64,000 nt of DNA from Camelus ferus (Eukaryota): contig NC_045705.1 of NCBI RefSeq assembly GCF_009834535.1, positions 64,852,001 through 64,916,000 on the forward strand. Direction: 5' to 3'. The notes below the pieces were generated by a model, which was not told the origin of the DNA, searched no databases, and saw only the letters and a list, made by a program, of their open reading frames with translations. Made by a program: the position numbers and the translations under genes. This document shows positions 40,133 to 55,825 of the stretch, one piece after another; position 1 is the stretch's first letter; every line of letters begins with the position of its first letter.

Positions 40133-42831
40133 ATGGAGGAAAAGCCTTTGAAAGTAAGAACCCTTCCTGGGCCTCCTCACCCTGTCAGCCCTCAGACTCA
40201 TCCTAGGTTTCAGCCTTGGTTCAAGGCAGCTCCCAGCAATCACTCCCTTTTCATCCCCACCCACCTCGAAGGAGTCTCCGCCCTGTCTGGGCTCAGGATC
40301 CCCGCCCCCTCCCCAATTCCTCTCGACCCTTGGCTTCCTTCCTTTTATGTGGCCCACAGGCCAAGTCTTTGGGCCGCCATGTCTCAGGCAAGTCGAGTGA
40401 ACCAGACATACGGAATCTGTGGACCACAGCTACGCTGTCGCAGCCGAAGCTGAACGTGCCGCTGCCCAGTGTCCCCGAGGTCTCAGAACTGGAGGGCAGC
40501 AGCCTAAGCGGCAAGACTCACGGGTGGTACAAACAGAAGAAGGCCAGCCACTACTCTGACAGTAGCTGGAAAGAAACGGATGACAAAGACAGCTTCAAGC
40601 CAGAGCAGGATGTGCACCGCAGGAGCTCCCTGAGAAGCCATATAGAGGAAGGGGACGACGATATCAATACCAAAGCGGGTTAGTGTGGCCTCACCGGGCT
40701 GTGGGGGCCCACAGAGCAGGGAGCTGGCCAGGGCCTCAATTTCTATTGCTGTGAAAGGGGGGTGGTGGTGGCGATTGTAGGACCCAAGTTTCTAGGATTC
40801 CCTGGAAGGGGCGCCAGCGCTAATCCATGACGCTTTAAATCAACGAGATATTTTAGGAACGCCCCCTACCGGGCAGCTGTAAAACAAGGTCCTGGGGCCA
40901 TAGAGAAAATGCGCAAAGGCAGTGTGGTACGACCTATGCATTTAATGGAATTACCAGGATAGCTGAGAGCAAGGAGTTAGTTCCTTTTCTGTGGATTTGC
41001 GCTGCTTGAGGAGGTGTCTGTCTTTCATTCATTAAGTCATCAGTTACAATTTTTAAGTATTTACTTCCTACTTCATGCTATGCGCTGTTTGGGACATGCC
41101 TTCCCCTTCTACCTACCACCTGTGCTCTCCAGCCCTTCATCAGGCAATTGGAATTCATAACAATATAACAACTGCCATCTATTGAGAGCTTGCTGTTGTG
41201 CCAGGCACTGGGCTTCCCTTGCATGATCACTTTTAAACTTTACAACTCCCATAAGGGGGGGTGCCCTTTATTATCCCATTGTACTCTTATTATCCCATTG
41301 TACAGATAAAGAACTTGAGGGTCAGAAAGTCAGTCAGTGGCCCTAAGTCTCACACAGTGGGACAGTTAGAACTGGAACCTTGGAGGGTGGGACAACAAAG
41401 CCTAGGCTTGTAAACCTCTCCCATACTGTTTCCCACTAAAGTGGCACCTAGAGCTGGTCTCTGAAGGCTCCCCCCACATGCCCACCCACACATCTCCTCT
41501 GCTTGAGGGAAGTCCCAGCAGTTTGCAAGTCTGCAGATGACTGATTCCTTTTTTTTCTCTTCTCCCAGAAAAGCCTTCCTCAGGGTCATCGCTCAGTATC
41601 TTGAAGCACACACCCCATCGAGCCTACTGGGTGGAACAGCAGAATAGGGTTGGAGGCAGCCATGGAGACTGGGGAGTTTAGTGGGGTGGGGGACGGGCAG
41701 ATTGGGGGTTTCAGGGGTGAGAGGGTGGGGGTGCTTTGAAGGGTGGAGGGGCAGGCAGGTTGGTTGGGGGTCTTGGAGCTGGAGGGAGCAGGCGGGGACA
41801 TTTCAGCTGTGGGCAGAGCTGGGCCCTTGGACATCTGAGCCTTTTGCTTGCTGTCTCTCCAGCTGCCCCTGCCCTTGACTGAACTCATGGAGAATGAAGC
41901 TCTGGAAATCCTCACCAAAGCCCTCTGGAGTGAGCCCCTCTCCCAGCTCCCACAAGGGGCCTTGGGGGATTATGCAGGGCTTGGGCCTGTGGGAGCGGGA
42001 TTTCAGGATGTGTCTGCCTTAGATTCCCTTACCACCTCCCAGTATTACAGAAGCCCCACAAAAAGTAAGAAGTTGGGAGACTGGGCACAGGGAGACCCAG
42101 TGAGAAGAGCATAGGGTGACAGGAGCCTGGGCTCTAGCGTTAGTGCAGCCCCTCTCTACCTGATGTGCCTTTTGGGGGGGGGGGAGTAATTAGGCATTTA
42201 TTTATTTTGATGGAAGTACTGGGGATCGAATCCAGGACCTCGTGCATGCTAGGTGAGCACTCTATCACTCGGCTTTTACCCTTCCCGCAATATGGCTTTT
42301 CTAAGGCACATTTTTTCCATTTGTCTATTGGGGATGGCAGCTTTTGTGTGGCCTTGGCCCCTCCCTGGGTGCTATGAGGAGCCTTTGGACAGTGGACACT
42401 TTATGAATGTGGGGTAGGGTGGGGAGGGCTAATGGCTTAGGGTGGGTGGTCCAAGAGGTGTCCAAAAAGCTGCCTGCTACCAATGCCCTAGTTTAGGCCT
42501 GCAACATCTCTAAACTTGCCCTCCTCACCCACCCAACACCTCCATCCTGCTCCGAATCCCTCATCTCTTTGAGGCACAAGTCTATGACTTGATCATTTGA
42601 AACAAACAAAACCAGTAGGTCCCAGGACCCTGGAGATCCAAAGTTTTTCAAACTAACATAAGCCAGCTGCTGGGAAGGCCATGCCCCTGCACACTGCCCT
42701 GAGTGGATTTCTGCCCCCCAGGCTACCGATCGGGGATTGGCTGGGACCACTTTCTGACCAAGCAGCTGCAGCGATACATCGAGCGGCTCAAGAGGCGCCA
42801 GAACAAGAGGCTGCATGTCTCGGTGCACTGA
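40133..42831 (+). CDS. CATSPERZ: CatSper auxiliary subunit zeta / TEX40 (198 aa)
   Basis: Exons 40133-40153 (MEEKPLK), 40360-40678 (DIRNLWTTATLSQ), 41569-41648 (HRAYWVEQQNR), 41863-41929 (LPLPLTELMENEALEILTKAL), 42722-42831 (DHFLTKQLQRYIERLK). Total 597 nt, in frame; position between KCNK4 and ESRRA is as expected. Confidence 0.9.
42174..42286 (-). mobile_element. tRNA-derived SINE (camelid-type)
   Basis: Reverse complement of the same element: gtaattagg...gaagtactggggatcgaatccaggacctcgtgcatgctag...cttttacccttccc. Confidence 0.8.
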
Positions 42832-42936
42832 GAGCACCACCTCGGGCTCAAGTGACCGGCAGACTCCAGCCCTGGTCCCTGTCCCCTCCCCAGACCGCAG
42901 CCCGACCCTATCCATGTGGAGTTTGAGCCCAAGAGG

Positions 42937-42942
42937 AATAAA
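42937..42942 (+). terminator. CATSPERZ polyadenylation signal AATAAA
   Basis: AATAAA about 105 nt after the stop codon. Confidence 0.7.
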
Positions 42943-43017
42943 AGAGTCTGTACGTGGTCCGTGAGTCAATGCGTGGCTGCCCGCGTGAGGCGGACGCACG
43001 TGGCCCCGCCCTTCCCT

Positions 43018-43050
43018 GTGACCTTCACTCGGTCACCGCAGTGACCTTGA
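43018..43050. promoter_or_regulatory. ESRRA upstream ERR response element (23-bp unit plus second ERRE)
   Basis: GTGACCTTCACTCGGTCACCGCA GTGACCTTGA contains two TGACCTTNA motifs (reverse complement of TNAAGGTCA), 23 bp apart. Confidence 0.8.
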
Positions 43051-44620
43051 GCGTTCTCCGTCCAGGCCCTATCGGCTCCGCCTTCCCGGGACTGGAAATC
43101 CAGGACTTCTTGAATGTTTTAGGTCTGCTTCTCCCACCCCGAGTTCAGCAGCTTTGTGGGGATATTGGGTATGCGGTCCAAAGTGCCAGCTGGTATTATC
43201 CTGGGGAAAGGGGGAAAAGAGAAAGGAGCAGCACCTCCCTTCCAGCTTGGGCGTGCTAGACTCCGCCCCTTATGCATATGCAGACACACCAGCCTTCGCG
43301 CTCGCCCCGCCCTCATTTACATATGTATACTGTCTTCCTGCCCGGCAGCAGTGGCCACTGAGCGACCTCTCCCGTTCCTCTCGCACACAGCGCGTCCCGC
43401 CTTCTTTACGTAAGAGTGCTGTTGGACTCCCCCATCCCACAGCTTCACCGCGTCTATCCTGGCCACACCCCTTCAGCGGCCAAGTACGCCTGTGCGCCTC
43501 TGGCTCGGCGGCGGCGGGGCGGGGACCTTCATGAAGGCCCGCCCACTGGCTTCACCGGCTCCGCCCCGACACGTCCGGGCACGCAGGCGCTGCCCGCCCC
43601 ACTTGCCTGATTAGCATAGGGCGCTGTGCCCGCCTCCTGCTTTGCATGCGNNNNNNNNNNNNNNNNNNNNNNNNNNNNNNNNNNNNNNNNNNNNNNNNNN
43701 NNNNNNNNNNNNNNNNNNNNNNNNNNNNNNNNNNNNNNNNNNNNNNNNNNNNNNNNNNNNNNNNNNNNNNNNNNNNNNNNNNNNNNNNNNNNNNNNNNNN
43801 NNNNNNGCCCGCGGCCCCCAGCTCACCCCGGCTCTCCTGGCCGCTCGGCCCCCATGCCTGCCCGCCCGCCCTGCCGGAGCCCCAGGTCCGGGGGCGGAGG
43901 GGAGCGCCGCTGGGGGGTGGGCGGGCGGGGCGCAGTGGCCATGTGCGAACGCTGCAGGGAGTCGGGCGGGGGGCGGGCTCCAAGCGAGGTTCCTCTCCAT
44001 AGCGGCCCGGGTCACGGTCGGGACCGAGTCGAAAGCCAGACGGGGTCAGGGTCCGGGAAGGATCTGGACCTAGGTCTTAATGCGCCGGTTTGGGACCGGG
44101 GGCGGCTCTGGCTTGGGCTGCAGATCCTGGCCAGGGTCGGTCTTGGGCCTCGGATCCAGTCCCACGGCAGGGTTCAGTCGGGCACCTGGAGCGTGCCTAA
44201 GTCCCAGGGGCGGGCCGGAGTGGAAGATGGGAAGGGTTCCCTGCCCTGGAAAGGGGCTTTGAAGACCACGTGGGGGCGCTCGAAGGGGCCTTGGGCCACC
44301 CTTCTCTCTGGGTCAAAGGTCATCGCACTGGCAGGGGAGAACTTCCTCCTCCTTGGCGCTCCCCCATTACTTCCTGATAACCTGATAGAGGGCCCTCGCG
44401 GGTGGAGGGGGAGGGGCGGCGCAGCAACTTTAGGCAACTTCCCGTAGGTGTGCGCAGGTTGGGGGGGCGGGGCGCCCCGTAGTGGAGGACTGCGGCAGCT
44501 GGAGTGTAAGAGTGAATGTGCTGGGGGGTGGGGGGAGGCGGTTGCAAGGAGGTGGAGCCGCTCCCGCCGCTGCCTGGGTCTGGAGGGGGAGATGTGTCAG
44601 GTGTGAAAAGGTCTGAATGT
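43050..44620. promoter_or_regulatory. ESRRA CpG-island promoter with 5' non-coding exons (donors at 43885/43886 and 44600/44601)
   Basis: CpG-dense, many GC boxes, donors ggagccccag|GTCCGG and gtgtcag|GTGTGA. Partly hidden by gap 43651-43806. Confidence 0.7.
43651..43806. other. Assembly gap (156 N) over the ESRRA TSS / exon 1
   Basis: Run of N. Confidence 0.99.
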
Positions 44621-45370
44621 GTTTCCACTAGGGTCTATGCCTGTGTGTGTGAGTGTGGGGACAAGGTGAGGGTGTAAGAGTGTTTGTGAACGAGAGTGTG
44701 ATTATGAGCCTTGAATGCGGCATGCTTTTCAGGAGTGTGCGAAGGCACATGGGAGCGTGAGTGAGAGCTCATGGTTTGGGAAAGGCCATGTGTCAGCATG
44801 AACCTGCCCAGTAGAGTGATCATGTGTGAGTGTGTGTGAGCTTGTGCGTGCAGGTGAAGATAGTCGGGAACCCAGGTGAGTGGGAGTGTGTAAACACAAC
44901 ATGTGTGAGCACATCAACTGTGCTTGGATTTGTGTACCTCAGTTTGCGATCTTGAGGTTACTTGGGTGTGGAGATCACTGAGATCCCCGACATCTGGAGA
45001 AAATTGAGCGGTATCCCACTCCTGGCTGGGGTCTGGCTCGGGTTGAAGTGTGCTTGGGGGCTAAGTTAACCCTATTCCCTGGCCTGAGTGGGTATAGGGG
45101 GTTTCCAAGTCTCTGGCAACCTCTTGAGTGGGATTCCTGTCAGTTACTGGCCCTGGAGGCACAGGAGCCTCTGTTCCCATGGCAACAGCTGGGGGGCCCT
45201 CTTCATGGGCAGCCTTCCTTGGACTCTGTCCCCCCTTCCTCCCCCGTACTGAGCCTGGAAGCCTGGCCCCAGGCCCGGGGTTGGGCAACCAGGGTGACAG
45301 GGTGTCTCCATCCCCCATCCCAGCGCCTCCCTGTGACCTGACGGGTCTCTTCCCGCAGGTGACCAGCGCC

Positions 45371-50679
<5,309 letters not shown>

Positions 50680-51240
50680 GGCAAGGGGTGGGCACGGGTG
50701 GGGGTGCTGGCAGGACCCGCCCAGCATGGAGTCAGCCCCAAGTGGGCAGAGCTGGGGTCTGGGCAGTGCCACAGCCTGCTGGCAGGGCCAGGGCAACACC
50801 ATCAGCCCCTGGGAGCAGGCCCTATGCCCTCCCCTCCCCCATTCTAGGGGGTGTTAGAAGCTGGGAATGTGCGTGTCCAGGCTCTGGGCACAGTGCTGCC
50901 CCTCGCAAGCCATAACGTGCCCTCAGAGTGTCGGGGGCCTTGCGGAAGCCATAGGGGGCTGCAGGGGATGGGGGGGGGCAGAAGCCTGATCTCAGGGAGG
51001 GAAGGGAGTGGAGGCCAGTCTCCCAGCGGGTGATGCTTTTGCTGCTGCTTAATCCGACTTCCTCTCTAGAACAGAGGGATTTGGAGAGCAAAGGCCCCTG
51101 CTCCCTTCGCTCCTCTCCTCATCATTTGCATTGGGCATTACTGCCCCCCCCCCCCGAAGCAATAACTCCAAGCAGGCTCCAGCCCCTGGACCCCTGGGGT
51201 GGCCAGGACTCCCCCATCAGCTCCCACCCAGCCTCCTCAG

Positions 51241-51447
51241 NNNNNNNNNNNNNNNNNNNNNNNNNNNNNNNNNNNNNNNNNNNNNNNNNNNNNNNNNNNN
51301 NNNNNNNNNNNNNNNNNNNNNNNNNNNNNNNNNNNNNNNNNNNNNNNNNNNNNNNNNNNNNNNNNNNNNNNNNNNNNNNNNNNNNNNNNNNNNNNNNNNN
51401 NNNNNNNNNNNNNNNNNNNNNNNNNNNNNNNNNNNNNNNNNNNNNNN
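51241..51447. other. Assembly gap (207 N) at the convergent ESRRA / TRMT112 3' ends
   Basis: Run of N. Confidence 0.99.
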
Positions 51448-51578
51448 TCAAGAACACTATGTGTTCGGTGTGTCACTGGGCCAACGATCGGAGATACACA
51501 GAACGGAACTAGCCAACAGGATATACGTAAACAAAGATACACACAGTCACAACGGAAAAACTGGTGCCTGGCACGGTT

Positions 51579-52264
51579 TTAAGTCTCCGTTTCTTCATCA
51601 CTCAGCAGCATATTGGGGATCCCCCGGCTGATGGGGAACAGACGTCCAGACTCTGGGCACTGCAGCGTGCCCTCCAATACCTCCACCTGCGAGAAAAGGG
51701 GAACACAGCTGAGCAATGGCAGCTTCCAGGTGGAGGGCTGGGAAGCAAGTGGAGAGGATTCTTACCTCCAGCAGTACGTGGTGCATCTTCCTCAGAAATT
51801 CCTCGTCATGCTCATATCCCTCAATAGGCTCTTTGGGCACCTCGATCAGATGCAACTGTGGGCAAGAAGTTATATCATCTCTGGGCATGCCCGACCCTCG
51901 CCCTAAGGCCAGGCTCCCTGGCCTGGTGTAAGGGGTCGCGGTGAGACCACGGTCCCCGCTAGGGTGTGCACAGGAGGCAGGGAGGGTCCTTACGGTGTCG
52001 GCTGCCTCCAGAAGCGCCGCCCATTCCACTTTGGGTATCATACGCGCTACGAAGTCGGGGTTGAACTCCACAGGGTTGATGCGGACCTCGGTGGCCTGCG
52101 GGGCGGAGAGACTGAGTTAGGCAGGGACCGGATCCTAGTTCTCCGGCCCGCCACGGAGAGGGGCGCGAGATCGCCCCGGCCGGTACCTGGAGGCGCAGGG
52201 GGAAGCCACGGGGCCCAACCCCCCGCACATGCGAGCTCAGCAAGTTATGGGTGAGCAGCTTCAT
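51579..52264 (-). CDS. TRMT112: Methyltransferase activator TRMT112 (125 aa)
   Basis: Exons 52264-52187 ([15 protein letters not shown]), 52095-51994, 51855-51766, 51686-51579 ([23 protein letters not shown]...ETET*). Total 378 nt. Confidence 0.96.
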
Positions 52265-52982
52265 GTCGCCACAACGCGCTCTCGCCAAGCCGGAGCCGGA
52301 AAGAAGGCGGACCCCGCTGGAGTTACTTCCGGGGCTGCTCCACTCTCTATCCTATTGGATAGCTGGGAGGGGCGGAAACGGCGAACTTGCTGGAACTTCT
52401 CGTGCTCTCCGTAGCAGAGGTCTGATAGGATCACGCGCTGCTCCCGGAAGCATCTTGGCAGGAAATTGCTAGGACGCAGGCTCAGTGGTTTTGGCTGAGA
52501 CAAACCTGCAGCTGCTACAAATCATGTACAGTAAAAATTATATGTAAAACATCTGCAACGCAGGGACCTTCCTTAAATGCAAAATAAATATTTTACTCCC
52601 ACACAGGTGACTGACATTGTCTCCCGCCCCTCGTTTTCGGTTAAGAACAGAAATGCTGCCCCAACCCGTAAACTATGCCCAGCAAAACGGCGGCATCCTA
52701 CTGGTGCACGCAAACAAGCTCCGCCTATTCGCGAGCGCACCAGTGATCCAGCCTCAAACGCAAATAAGCCGAGCGTGTTGGAAGCTCCGCCTCTGCGCGC
52801 GCCGCCCACGCCTGCCCAGTGACGGCAGGAGGCCTGGGCGGCCGAGGCTTCGCTTTCTGCAGGGTTTGGTCATAACGCCTCACGTCAGGCCCCGCCTTCA
52901 GCCTCAGCCGGGAGGCGGAAGTGAGAGCTGGGGCGGGGCGAGGCCGGGAGGGGGCGGGGCAATTGTGGCTTCAGGGTCTGGC
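52265..52982. promoter_or_regulatory. Bidirectional promoter TRMT112 / PRDX5
   Basis: About 720 bp of CpG-rich DNA between divergent ATGs, with ETS (ACTTCCGG near 52326, CGGAAGT near 52916), CCAAT (ATTGG), GC boxes and a CACGTCA motif. Confidence 0.8.
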
Positions 52983-55700
52983 ATGTCGCTGGCGTGGTTT
53001 TGCATTCTGGGAAGTAGAACGCGTCCGGTGGTCTCCCGGGCGACTGCCGTTGAGTGTGCGGCAGCGGCGGGAGCCAGAAGGTGCCTGGAAGGGGGCCTAG
53101 AGTGGGCGTTTCGTGGGGTCCGCGGTTTCAGAAGCGCTGCTGCAGCCATGGCCCCGATCAAGGTGACCGCTGACTCGGCCAGGCCTGATACCTCCCACCT
53201 TCCCCCCACCTCCTCCGGACTGTTTCCCTAGCGTCCTCCATCCCGCTTGTCTGGGCGAGAGTCATCCTCTTTCTTGCCCTCCTGACCCTTCCCCGCCGCC
53301 CTAGAGGCTCCCCTCGCCGTCTGTCTCCTTCATCCCCTCCACCAGACCCCGTGGTTACAACGTTGTCGCCAATTTTAGGGGCCCCGTGCCGCATCTCCTG
53401 GAACAGCCCGCAAGGCTCTCGGGCCTTCCACTCGTAGACGGCATCCATTCTGGGACACCGTGTGATGGGTCTCCACCATTTTCAGGCGATTGAGTACCAA
53501 GGCTTCCTTCGCCTTATGGAACCACCTCCTTTGCCCTTTTCAGTCCCTATAGTGCCCTCCTCCGTACCGTCCCGCTCGCTTTTGTCGTGTTATTGGGCAT
53601 CACTCTCACCCCATATTCTGAAACAGCTGTTGTCTCTTAGAGCCCTGTTTTGTCTCCCCCATTGCAGTCCACCCATGGCTAATTCCCACCCTTCTGAGTC
53701 TTTCACCCCTCTCATCTTATGGAAACATCCCCAGCTCCTTCCCTCGCTGTGCCACACTCTTCTGAGACCCTCTCCTCCTTCTGCTTCATCCTACAACCAA
53801 CTGCTGGGTTTCTCAGAGACTCTCCCCTCGCCCCTGACTTTCCTCTCTTGTCCACCTCCTCTGGCCCCATGAAGCCTCACGCACTCCCAGGTAGACTGGT
53901 CCCTTCCCCTTCAAGAGATTCCTTCTTTTATTCTTTACCTTCTGGATGTAGCAACCTGCACCTCCCTCCTCAACTTTCCCACCTTCTGCCACCCTCCCTT
54001 TTTCTCTTCCTGAGGGCGGGACTCTCAGCTGAGGCCAGGGTCCCCTCCCTCGGTGTTGTCAGGGCCTCCTCCTGTTCATTTTCCCCACTCCTTTCCTGTA
54101 ACTCAGCTTGTTTACTCAACCCCTTGCGACACCCGGGGAGGCCTTCTCTCCCTTTTTCTGTTTTCAATAACTGGCTCTTAAGAGGAATGGGGCCACCTCC
54201 AAACCTGGAGAATGTTGGGTAACCAGGTGATTGTGGGGTAGGGAGCTCTGGAAGCTCTGACAGGGTTGGACTTTCTTGGCTCCACCCGACCAAGCAGAAC
54301 TACCAGGTCCTCTGGGCTTCCACCATCGCCACCCCCTGCCCACCCGCCCATGCTGCTCTTCTCTTGGCCTCCTGCCCCACTCCTTACCTTGGCGTCATTC
54401 CTTCTAGGTGGGAGATGCCATCCCATCGGTGGTGGTGTTTGAGGGGGAGCCTGGGAACAAGGTGAACCTGGCAGAGCTATTCAAGGGCAAGAAGGGGGTG
54501 CTGTTTGGAGTCCCTGGGGCCTTTACCCCTGGCTGTTCCAAGGTGAGGCCCGCCCCTCTGGGGCTCAGCAGTTGGGACTTTGTGTACATGTTTGTGTCAT
54601 TTGTTAGCCCTCTACGTTGTCCTGGGGCAGCTTATACCAAGGTACAATGTAGATGATGTGACAGTTAAAAGAGCATATCTATTTAAAAAAAAATAAGGCT
54701 GTGAACAGGTACCAGGTATGTAAGACAAAAGGTTGATGCAATGAAATCCATCACTCTCATTGATCCTGCTGGGTGACAGGCACTGGAAGGGACTTGGAAC
54801 TCGGGTAAATGGGACATAGTCCTGCCCCATGGGAAGTTCATGGTCTTGGCCAAGGAACACTTAAATTTAGATCCAAGCTTCCTAGTGGCCAAGGCAAAAA
54901 GGAACTGTAGCTTACACAGTTATTGTCTGATCAAAACTGTTGTAAGAGAGGTGAGGAGGGCCTGGGGATGAAGGGTAGGCTGAGGAGCAGAGGCATTTAT
55001 CCCTTTGTTGACCCTGTTTCCCCCTCCCCAGACCCACCTGCCAGGGTTTGTGGAGCAGGCCGGAGCTCTGAAGGCCAAGGGCATCCAGGTGGTGGCATGT
55101 TTGAGTGTTAATGATGTTTTCGTGACCAAAGAATGGGGACGAGCCCACAACACGGAAGGCAAGGTGAGGTGTGGGTCCTGCAGGGGATCAGGGGCCAAGC
55201 AGGAGATTTTTCATGTGACTTTTACTTTCTCCTTAGGTTCAGCTCCTGGCTGACCCCACTGGGGCCTTTGGGAAGGTGAGTGCACCCCCCATCCTCCACC
55301 TGCAGGGTGGTTCTTGTGTTGGGCCCTGGAAGTAGGGACTTGGAGGGACATGGCCAATGTGGGCAGCAGCCAGGGGTCTTGGCGTATTCTGGGGGTTCCT
55401 GACCCTGTCCTCTGCCTCTCCTTTCAGGAGACAGATTTGTTACTAGATGATTCATTGGTGTCCCTCTTTGGGAATCGACGGCTCAAGAGGTAAAAGTAGG
55501 AGAGTCCCCGTGGGGTTCCCCCGACCTAGCCTGTTTCCATTCCCAGCCTCTAGGCCCAGGCTGTTGCAACTGGCCTGGCCCTTCTTTCTGGCAGGTTCTC
55601 CATGGTGATAGAGGATGGCATAGTGAAGTCCTTGAATGTGGAGCCCGATGGCACAGGCCTCACCTGCAGCCTGGCCCCCAACATCATCTCACAGCTCTGA
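52983..55700 (+). CDS. PRDX5: Peroxiredoxin 5 (217 aa long form; short form from ATG 53148)
   Basis: Exons 52983-53162, 54408-54542, 55032-55163, 55237-55275, 55428-55489, 55595-55700. Total 654 nt. Peroxidatic motif [13 protein letters not shown], resolving GLTCSLA, C-terminal SQL peroxisomal signal. Confidence 0.96.
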
Positions 55701-55819
55701 GGCCTCAGGCCCAGAAGTGCTCCTTCCACATTCCCTATTTACCTACCCACCCCTGGGCAGGGGGCCCTAACCCAGCCTCAACTGTGGCCACCCAGTTGGA
55801 ACCTCGGCCAGATTTCTGC

Positions 55820-55825
55820 AATAAA
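55820..55825 (+). terminator. PRDX5 polyadenylation signal AATAAA
   Basis: AATAAA 120 nt after the stop codon. Confidence 0.75.

Noticed and set aside
43941-43988. ATG that would extend ESRRA in frame by 20 aa if spliced at 43988
   Set aside because: Lies downstream of the better donor at 43885 (so probably intronic) and needs a very weak GAG|GTTCCT donor.
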